DNA of 32,000 nucleotides from Chlamydiales bacterium (GTDB lineage Bacteria; Chlamydiota; Chlamydiia; Chlamydiales; SM23-39): NCBI GenBank assembly GCA_965261025.1, contig OZ253438.1, positions 420,001 to 452,000 of the forward strand, read 5' to 3'. Shown piece by piece: positions 25,598 to 32,000 of this stretch (position 1 is its first letter; each line of letters starts with the position of its first letter). The notes under the pieces were generated by a model. It saw only the letters and a program-made list of their open reading frames with translations, ran no database searches and was not told where the DNA came from. The position numbers and the translations under genes were made by a program.

Positions 25598-26289
25598 AAA
25601 GCCCTCTTTTAAAAGCTATCCGTGTAACAAAGAGCTTTTTTTATCCAGAAAAAATAACTGTATTAAAAGAAGTCTCTCTTACCCTAAATCCAGGAGAAAG
25701 CCTGTCTATTATGGGAGCCTCGGGAGAAGGGAAAACTACTCTTTTACATATCTTGGGGTCTTTAGAAAAACCAGACTCAGGAGAACTGCAGATTTTAGGA
25801 AAAACTCCTTCTTCCCAAACAAGGCTTTATGATTTAGGGTTTATTTTTCAAAACTATAATCTTCTTGAGGATTTAACTGTTTTACAAAATGTTTTACTAC
25901 CTGCCAAAATTGGAAGAAAACCTACAGGAAAAAATTCTTATGCTTATAAGAGAGCTCTTTATCTTTTGGATTTAGTAGGCCTTTCCTCTCGAAGCGGTTT
26001 TCCTTTATCTCTTTTATCAGGAGGAGAAAGACAAAGATGTGCTATAGCTAGAGCTTTAATCAATAATCCTTCTCTACTTTTAGCAGATGAACCTTCAGGA
26101 AGTTTAGACTATGAAACTTCCCAAAAAATCCATGAGCTTTTGCTCTATTTGGCAAAAAAGGAAAAAAAAGGCCTTGTTATAGCTACGCATGATCTAGAAC
26201 TTGCCTCTCTTTGTGAAAAAAAAGTTCTCTTAAAGCAAGGATCCCTCTTTTTTGATAAACCAAAATCCCCTATCTTAGAGCTTTTCTAG
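25594..26289 (+). CDS. ABC transporter ATP-binding protein, LolD/MacB-like
   Basis: Walker A GASGEGKTT, signature LSGGERQR, Walker B LLLADEPSGSLD and H-loop ATHD. The ATG at 25594 overlaps the permease stop (ATGA). The track ORF start at 25537 is an upstream extension. Confidence 0.87.
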   Translation: MKSPLLKAIRVTKSFFYPEKITVLKEVSLTLNPGESLSIMGASGEGKTTLLHILGSLEKPDSGELQILGKTPSSQTRLYDLGFIFQNYNLLEDLTVLQNVLLPAKIGRKPTGKNSYAYKRALYLLDLVGLSSRSGFPLSLLSGGERQRCAIARALINNPSLLLADEPSGSLDYETSQKIHELLLYLAKKEKKGLVIATHDLELASLCEKKVLLKQGSLFFDKPKSPILELF

Positions 26290-26296
26290 GCTTTTT

Positions 26297-27616
26297 ATGA
26301 AAATTTTAGTCATTGGTGCAGGGTATGTAGGACTTGTTACAGCAGCTTGCTTTGCGGAGATGGGTCATATCGTTTTTTGTCTAGATACAGATAAAGAAAA
26401 AATCGAAAAATTGAGAAAAAATATCATTCCTATTTATGAGCCAGGCCTCCGGGATCTCGTCCAAAAAAACCAAAAACAGCAGCGTCTTTTTTTTACCTCT
26501 TCCTATGAACAAGCAACTAAAGAGACCTCTCTTTATTTTATAGCAGTTCCGACACCTTCGAAAGAAGATGGTTCCTGCAATATCCAATACATAGAAGCGG
26601 TTTGTAAAAAAATAGCTCCCTTGATCCGAAGATATACGCTTATAATTAACAAATCGACAGCTCCTGTAGGTACGGCCTTTTTTATCCAAAACATTTTATT
26701 GGAAAAAGGGTTAGATAGGTCCTTATTTGAAGTAGTTTCTAATCCTGAATTTTTAAAAGAAGGATCCGCTATCCAAGACTGTATGAAACCGGATCGGATT
26801 ATTCTTGGAGTAGAAAACGAGAAAGCTAAATCTATTATGAAAGAACTTTACACTCCTTTTACTTTGAATCACGACCGTATTTTGTTCATGAGTATACCTT
26901 CTGCTGAAATGACTAAATATGCAGCTAATGCAATGCTTGCTACCAGAATTTCCTTTATGAACGAAATGGCAGAGATTTGTGCAAGATCTGGAGCCAATAT
27001 CAAAGAGGTAAGAAAAGGAATAGGATCAGACAGTAGAATTGGTTACAGCTTTCTTTATGCAGGAATAGGATATGGAGGCTCTTGCTTTCCTAAAGATATT
27101 AGGGCTTTACATGCTATGGCAAAACAGCTGGGATACAAGGCTACTTTAATTGAAGCGGTAGAAGAGATCAATGAAAAGCAAAAAAGAAAATTAGCAGAGC
27201 AAGTTCGGAGGTATTTTGCTAAAAAAGGGGGGATAAAAGGAAAGACTATTGCTATTTGGGGAGTCTCTTTTAAACCTGATACAGATGATGTAAGAGAAGC
27301 TCCTTCTTTGGCCTTTATTCAAGAATTACAAAAAAAGGGAGCTATCTTAAAAATCTACGATCCAGTCTCTATGAAAAATGCGGAAAGAGCGTTGAAGGAT
27401 CATACGAATATCCACTGGTGCAAAAGTGAAAAAAGTGCAGCGGAAAAAGCGGATGCTATAGCGCTTTTAACTGAATGGAAGCAATTCCGCTTTTTAGATT
27501 TTTCTTCTATTCAACCTTGTATGAAGGGAAAGGCTTTATTTGATGGAAGAAATCAATACAATGGCTCTGAAATGAAAAAAAAAGGATTTGACTATATTGG
27601 AATAGGAGTGAAATGA
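26297..27616 (+). CDS. ugd: UDP-glucose 6-dehydrogenase
   Basis: 439-aa ORF. Motifs are the Rossmann N-terminus MKILVIGAGYVGL, NPEFLKEG and the catalytic-Cys motif GYGGSCFPKD. Confidence 0.93.
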   Translation: MKILVIGAGYVGLVTAACFAEMGHIVFCLDTDKEKIEKLRKNIIPIYEPGLRDLVQKNQKQQRLFFTSSYEQATKETSLYFIAVPTPSKEDGSCNIQYIEAVCKKIAPLIRRYTLIINKSTAPVGTAFFIQNILLEKGLDRSLFEVVSNPEFLKEGSAIQDCMKPDRIILGVENEKAKSIMKELYTPFTLNHDRILFMSIPSAEMTKYAANAMLATRISFMNEMAEICARSGANIKEVRKGIGSDSRIGYSFLYAGIGYGGSCFPKDIRALHAMAKQLGYKATLIEAVEEINEKQKRKLAEQVRRYFAKKGGIKGKTIAIWGVSFKPDTDDVREAPSLAFIQELQKKGAILKIYDPVSMKNAERALKDHTNIHWCKSEKSAAEKADAIALLTEWKQFRFLDFSSIQPCMKGKALFDGRNQYNGSEMKKKGFDYIGIGVK

Positions 27617-28470
27617 GCTACCTATTGGAAGTTGAAAAAAGGCTGGAAGAGCTTTTACAAAGGGGGTCTTTTTCTTCTAAAAAGATAAAAGAAGCAGCTC
27701 TTTATTCTATGGATTCTGGAAAAAAGATTCGTCCCCAGCTCCTCCTTTTTTTGGGAGAAAAATTTGGCGTTTCTTTGGAAAAAAGCCTGGATCCTGCCTG
27801 TGCTATCGAGATGGTTCATAGCTTTTCCTTGATCCATGATGACCTTCCCTGTATGGATGATGATGCTTTTCGAAGAGGCAAACCTTCCACCCATAAAGCC
27901 TTTGGAGAAGCCATAGCGCTTTTAACTGGAGATTTTTTATTAGCCTATGCTTTTCAAATATTGAGTGAGGCACCCCATATCTCAGATTCCCAAAAAGTAA
28001 AGCTGGTTCAAGTCCTAGGAAAAGCTAGCGGCAATCAAGGAATGATTGCCGGACAAAGTTTAGATCTTTCCTCTGTAGGAAAAATTCTCTCAAAAAAAGT
28101 CTTAATCAAGATGCACTACTATAAGACCGCTTGTCTTATCTCAACTCCTTTTCAGTTCCTATCAATTTTAGCAAATACCTCCTTGAAGGAAAGCATTTTA
28201 CTAAAGAAATTAGGGGTCTATCTAGGAATTGCTTACCAAATTCAGGACGATCTCCTTGATGTTTTTTCTAAAAAAGAGCTTCTAGGAAAGCCCCTTTATT
28301 CAGATAAAGAAAAGAGAAAACCTACAGCCGTGTCTATTTTGGGTGTTTCCTTTTCACAAAAAACGCTAGAAAAACTACAACGGGCTATTAGAAACCTTTC
28401 GAAGAAACTCCACATAAAAAACTCCCCTTTTTATACTCTCCTAGAAGAGATTTTTCACAGAAGCTATTAG
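27613..28470 (+). CDS. ispA: short-chain trans-polyprenyl diphosphate synthase (FPP/GGPP synthase type)
   Basis: First Asp-rich motif LIHDDLPCMDDDAFRRGKP and second Asp-rich motif QIQDDLLD. ATGA overlap with the ugd stop. Confidence 0.88.
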   Translation: MSYLLEVEKRLEELLQRGSFSSKKIKEAALYSMDSGKKIRPQLLLFLGEKFGVSLEKSLDPACAIEMVHSFSLIHDDLPCMDDDAFRRGKPSTHKAFGEAIALLTGDFLLAYAFQILSEAPHISDSQKVKLVQVLGKASGNQGMIAGQSLDLSSVGKILSKKVLIKMHYYKTACLISTPFQFLSILANTSLKESILLKKLGVYLGIAYQIQDDLLDVFSKKELLGKPLYSDKEKRKPTAVSILGVSFSQKTLEKLQRAIRNLSKKLHIKNSPFYTLLEEIFHRSY

Positions 28471-28529
28471 AGTTTTAAAGGGAAAACTTATTTGCCAATT
28501 TTTGCAGGTTCCGGTTATAAGGGTTTCTT

Positions 28530-29207
28530 ATGTTTAGCTACCCTGAAGAGACAAAGCCTTTAAGTAGGAGATCCCTTCCCTTTTTTTATGCAAAAACTCC
28601 TTTCGGAAAAAGAGTATTTGATCTTTTTTTTGCCAGTTTTGCTCTTCTTTTCTTTAGTCCTTTTTTTCTTTGTATCTCTTTCTTTATTTTGGCCACTTCA
28701 AAAGGCTCTATTTTTTATAAACAAGTGCGCATAAAGAAAGGTGGCAAACCTTTTGTTTGCTATAAGTTTCGAACTATGAGGCAAAATTCAGATGCTCTAC
28801 TCCGCCAAATCCTTCATTCTGACCCAAGGAAAAGAGAAGAATGGAAAAAATTTTTTAAGCTAAAGAAAGATCCAAGAATTACTCCTATAGGCAAATTTTT
28901 ACGAAAGACCTCTCTAGATGAACTTCCCCAATTTTGGAATGTGTTAAAAGGAGACTTAAGTATAGTGGGTCCCAGGCCTGTTTTAAAACAGGAGGTAGAA
29001 GAATACTACAAGGATCTGGCTCCAAAAATTTTGTCGGTTAAGCCTGGAATAACAGGACTTTGGCAAGTTTCAGGAAGAAGTCAGTTGAATATGGAAGAAA
29101 GGGTCCGCTTAGAAGCAAGTTATGTGGACAGACAATCATTTTGGCTAGATCTTTTTCTTATAGCTAAAACGATCCCTGCTATGCTTTTCCCCAAAGGGGC
29201 CTGTTAA
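28530..29207 (+). CDS. small monotopic phosphoglycosyl transferase (bacterial sugar transferase, PglC/WbaP C-terminal type)
   Basis: 225-aa ORF with an N-terminal re-entrant hydrophobic helix (KRVFDLFFASFALLFFSPFFLCISFFI). Motifs are YKFRTM, DELPQFWNVLKGDLSIVGPRP and PGITGLWQVSGR. Confidence 0.88.
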   Translation: MFSYPEETKPLSRRSLPFFYAKTPFGKRVFDLFFASFALLFFSPFFLCISFFILATSKGSIFYKQVRIKKGGKPFVCYKFRTMRQNSDALLRQILHSDPRKREEWKKFFKLKKDPRITPIGKFLRKTSLDELPQFWNVLKGDLSIVGPRPVLKQEVEEYYKDLAPKILSVKPGITGLWQVSGRSQLNMEERVRLEASYVDRQSFWLDLFLIAKTIPAMLFPKGAC

Positions 29208-29208
29208 T

Positions 29209-30201
29209 ATGGCCCTTCCCGTTCTAGTAACAGGGGGAGCCGGTTTTATAGGAAGCCATGTTTGCAAGGCGTTAAAACAAGAAGGCTTTTCCCCTATTGC
29301 TGTAGATAATTTCTCTAGAGCAAAGAAGAGAAAAAAAACTCTTTTTCCTCTAATTGTAGCCGACATTGGTTCACAAGATGCCTTAAGAGAAATTTTTTCC
29401 TTTTATAAACCCCTAGCTGTTCTTCACTTTGCCGCTTTTTCCCAGGTACAAGAATCTTTACAAAATCCTCTCCTCTACTATGAAAACAACTTTTGTGCCT
29501 CTTTACACCTTTTAAAAGTATGTTTAGAATTTCAGGTAAAGCGCTTTCTTTTTTCTAGTAGCTCTTCTGTATATGGAATACCCTCTTCTTTTCCGATAAA
29601 AGAAGATTCTCCGATAGCTCCTATTTCCCCTTATGGTTATACAAAAAGTGCTATAGAAAGAGTGCTTTTTGATTTTGAAAAGGCCTATTCCTTCCAAAGT
29701 ATTATCCTACGCTACTTTAATGCAGCAGGGGCTGATTTGGAAGGAGAGCTAGGAGAGGAACATGACCCTGAAACCCACCTAATTCCCTTGGCTATCAGAG
29801 CCGCTTTTTTTCAAGAAACTCCCCTTTCTATTTTTGGAACCGATTTTCCTACTAAAGATGGTTATGCTATTCGCGACTTCATTCACGTAACCGATTTAGC
29901 AAGAGCGCATGTCCTTGGTCTAAAATATCTTTTAGAAAAAAACCTGAGTGCTATCTTCAATGTAGGCTCTGGAACAGGTTTTTCTGTAAAACAGGTTTGT
30001 AATGTAGTAGAAGAAGTGGTTGGCAAGCCCATACCGTTGGCCCTTTTCCCTCGTAAAAAGGGGGATCCCCCAGAGCTTTATGCAGATATCACAAAGATAA
30101 GAAAAGAACTTTCTTTTGAACCAAAGTATTCTTCCTTAAGAGAAATTGTGCAAACAGCCTATTCTTGGGAAAAATCTTTACTAGCCCCGAACGTCAGATA
30201 A
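29209..30201 (+). CDS. galE: UDP-glucose 4-epimerase
   Basis: 330-aa ORF with VTGGAGFIGSH, SSSSVYG and the catalytic YGYTKSAIE (YxxxK). Starts 1 nt after the sugar transferase stop. Confidence 0.93.
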   Translation: MALPVLVTGGAGFIGSHVCKALKQEGFSPIAVDNFSRAKKRKKTLFPLIVADIGSQDALREIFSFYKPLAVLHFAAFSQVQESLQNPLLYYENNFCASLHLLKVCLEFQVKRFLFSSSSSVYGIPSSFPIKEDSPIAPISPYGYTKSAIERVLFDFEKAYSFQSIILRYFNAAGADLEGELGEEHDPETHLIPLAIRAAFFQETPLSIFGTDFPTKDGYAIRDFIHVTDLARAHVLGLKYLLEKNLSAIFNVGSGTGFSVKQVCNVVEEVVGKPIPLALFPRKKGDPPELYADITKIRKELSFEPKYSSLREIVQTAYSWEKSLLAPNVR

Positions 30202-30695
30202 TGGTTTTTAGAAAAACTCTTTTTGCCCTTTGTATTACTCTTTTTTGCTTTTTTTCTCCTTTGTCTTTCCAGGTCCCTCTCATTTTTTTTGCTCCTTTTC
30301 TTGTTTTTAGCTCTTCTTTTCTTTCTTTAGAAAAGCTTCTTTGGCTCTCTTTTTTAGTAGGAGTCTTTGTAGATTTTTTCTCTTTTACTCTTATGGGAGG
30401 ACGGGGAGTTCTTTACCTAATTACCTCTTTTCTTCTACTTCGCAAAAAGAAATTTTTCTTCGAAGAAAGACCTTTTTACTTAGCGATTTTTTCTTTACTT
30501 TTTGCTTTTTTATCCGAGTTTTTTCGCCTTCTATTTCTGGAACAGGCCTTTTCTTTTAAAAATGTTCTTTTAACCCCATTTTATTTTTCCTTTTCTACCT
30601 TCTTATATGCCATAATCATCTTTGTTCCTTTTCTCTTTTCACTGACCGAACTGTATGCAGTGGCGAAAAGGTGGATTCTTTTAAAAAAACGGTAG
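30201..30695 (+). CDS. small polytopic membrane protein, tentatively MreD-like
   Basis: 164 aa from the ATG at 30201, which overlaps the galE stop as TAATG. About 5 hydrophobic segments. The central motif GVFVDFFSFTLMGGRGVLYL parallels the MreD motif as I recall it from E. coli (GAILDLISGSTLGVRALAM), with D, S, G and R at identical spacing. Size also matches. Unverified. Confidence 0.5.
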   Translation: MVFRKTLFALCITLFCFFSPLSFQVPLIFFAPFLVFSSSFLSLEKLLWLSFLVGVFVDFFSFTLMGGRGVLYLITSFLLLRKKKFFFEERPFYLAIFSLLFAFLSEFFRLLFLEQAFSFKNVLLTPFYFSFSTFLYAIIIFVPFLFSLTELYAVAKRWILLKKR

Positions 30696-30699
30696 GCAT

Positions 30700-31488
30700 A
30701 TGTCTTTTTCTCATGAGACTAAAAAAGCTATAGAAGCTGCTTTTTTAGCAGGTGATATATTAAAAAAAGGATTTTATTCTTCCTATTCCATCTTTTCTAA
30801 AGAAGGGGTACATAACCTGGTAACAGAATATGATTATCTCTCAGAGCAGGCCTTAATTAATTTTTTTCATCAAGAATTTCCTCAAGATGCTATTTTATCA
30901 GAAGAAAAAGGAAGTCTTTTTGCATCAAAAAGAAGATGGATTCTCGATCCTTTAGATGGTACAGTCAATTTTGCTCATAAAATTCCTATGTTTTCTATAA
31001 GCATTGCCTTAGAGCAAGACAAAGAAGTAACCACAGGGGTAGTTTATCACCCTATTTTGCAAGAGCTCTTCATTGCAGAAAAAGGTAAAGGAGCTTTCCT
31101 TAAAGATACCCCTATCCAAGTGACAAAGACAGCAGAACTAGACCTTTCTTTTTTAGCAACAGGATTTCCCTATAATTTGAAGCAAAATCCCCATAATTGT
31201 ATTTCCTATTTCAGTAAAATTTTACAAAGAGGACTCCCTATTCGCAGGATAGGCTCTGCTGCTTTAGATCTTTCTTATTTAGCAGCAGGAAGATTCGATG
31301 GATTTTTTGAAGTTACCCTGGCTCCTTGGGACATAGCAGCAGGAAAGCTTTTAGTAGAAGAGGCAGGAGGGAAAATTTCTGGATGGGATAAAGTAGACTA
31401 TGATATTCACTCTTATAAGCCTGTTTTAGCTACAAATAGTTTTATCCACGCAGAACTTTCTCAGATCCTAGAAGGAGCTGTAGTGTGA
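30700..31488 (+). CDS. suhB: inositol monophosphatase family protein
   Basis: 262-aa ORF with IMPase motifs ILSEE, WILDPLDGTVNF and PWDIAAG. Confidence 0.88.
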   Translation: MSFSHETKKAIEAAFLAGDILKKGFYSSYSIFSKEGVHNLVTEYDYLSEQALINFFHQEFPQDAILSEEKGSLFASKRRWILDPLDGTVNFAHKIPMFSISIALEQDKEVTTGVVYHPILQELFIAEKGKGAFLKDTPIQVTKTAELDLSFLATGFPYNLKQNPHNCISYFSKILQRGLPIRRIGSAALDLSYLAAGRFDGFFEVTLAPWDIAAGKLLVEEAGGKISGWDKVDYDIHSYKPVLATNSFIHAELSQILEGAVV

Positions 31489-32000
31489 TTGAAGGGAAGA
31501 AATGGGCAGAGAGTTTATTGAAAGAGTATAAAAGAGAAGGAGCTTTTCTAACTGCTAAGCCCAAAATTCATTTTATTTTAGTAGGAGAAGATAGTGCTTC
31601 TCATCTTTACGTAAAAAGAAAACAAAAAGTTTGTGAAGAGGTTGGCTTTTTATCAGGGGTCTCCTTCTTTGAGGAAAATATTTCACAAGACGAGCTTCTA
31701 CAAGAGATAGAAAGGATAAATAGAGACCTCTCAACTCACGCTCTCTTAGTACAAATGCCTCTTCCTGGACATATAGATCCAGAAGTGATTGTCGAAAAAA
31801 TAGCCCCAGAAAAAGACGTGGATGGATTTCATCCTCTGAACATGGGAAAACTTTTACGAGGAAATAAAAATGGACTTATCCCCTGTACTCCTTTAGGGAT
31901 TCAATTTCTATTAAATCAATACAAAATAGATCTTTCCCAGAAAAGAGTCCTTATTTTAGGAAGAAGTAATGTAGTAGGAAAGCCCTTAGCAGCTCTTTTA
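31485..32000 (+). CDS. folD: bifunctional methylenetetrahydrofolate dehydrogenase/cyclohydrolase (5' partial, continues beyond window)
   Basis: Not in the ORF track because there is no stop in the window. My translation from the GTG at 31485 (GTGA overlap with the suhB stop) reads VIEGKKWAESLL...ILVGEDSASHLYVKRKQK...LLVQMPLPGHID...PEKDVDGFHPLNMGKL...IPCTPLGI...LILGRSNVVGKPLAALL. Confidence 0.92.
   Translation, partial: MIEGKKWAESLLKEYKREGAFLTAKPKIHFILVGEDSASHLYVKRKQKVCEEVGFLSGVSFFEENISQDELLQEIERINRDLSTHALLVQMPLPGHIDPEVIVEKIAPEKDVDGFHPLNMGKLLRGNKNGLIPCTPLGIQFLLNQYKIDLSQKRVLILGRSNVVGKPLAALL

Noticed and set aside
4818-30559. Other nested or antisense track ORFs: 4818-5009, 7969-8166, 7972-8175, 12424-12612, 12561-12785, 19005-19211, 21551-21799, 22576-22782, 23458-23646, 23676-23876, 26381-26689, 27655-27894, 29145-29366 and 30341-30559.
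   Set aside because: Each lies entirely within, or antisense to, a gene with strong family motifs, and none has motifs of its own.
1-32000. Looked for CRISPR arrays, tRNA/rRNA genes, IS elements or transposases, integrases, toxin-antitoxin pairs and known defence-system genes.
   Set aside because: None of these was seen: no spaced direct-repeat arrays, no cloverleaf-capable GC-rich segments in the intergenic gaps, no transposase- or integrase-like translations, and no small paired ORFs.

Overview
AT-rich, tightly packed bacterial chromosome segment. Gene content and order point to the phylum Chlamydiota, probably a Chlamydia-like (environmental) lineage: long-form IspG, a PPi-dependent phosphofructokinase, and the block kdsB-pyrG-ruvX(yqgF)-zwf-pgl, which from memory matches the order in Chlamydia trachomatis. 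I call 28 protein-coding genes; rpmG is absent from the supplied ORF track and folD runs off the right edge. I also call one CIRCE (HrcA) operator, one rho-independent terminator and one intragenic tandem duplication. I recognised no rRNA, tRNA, CRISPR array, transposase, integrase or phage gene. Most genes are housekeeping: leuS, ispG, sdaA, pfp, kdsB, pyrG, zwf, pgl, tsaD, rpmG, a lolCDE-like pair, suhB and folD. Five things stand out. (1) A minus-strand gene (8938-10515) encodes a eukaryote-type USP/C19 deubiquitinase domain behind a duplicated Inc-like bilobed hydrophobic anchor. (2) A second minus-strand gene (19754-21121) has the same layout but ends in a J-domain-like HPD segment, and it sits between opcA and pgl in the pentose-phosphate cluster. 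(3) A compact methyltransferase (5509-6165) has motifs resembling eukaryotic DOT1. (4) A near-consensus CIRCE operator lies in front of an hsp20 gene between ruvX and zwf. (5) A small glycan-type cluster, ugd-ispA-phosphoglycosyltransferase-galE, is followed by an MreD-like membrane protein. All calls rest on reading the translations and DNA by eye. No database search was run, and comparisons to reference proteins are from memory.
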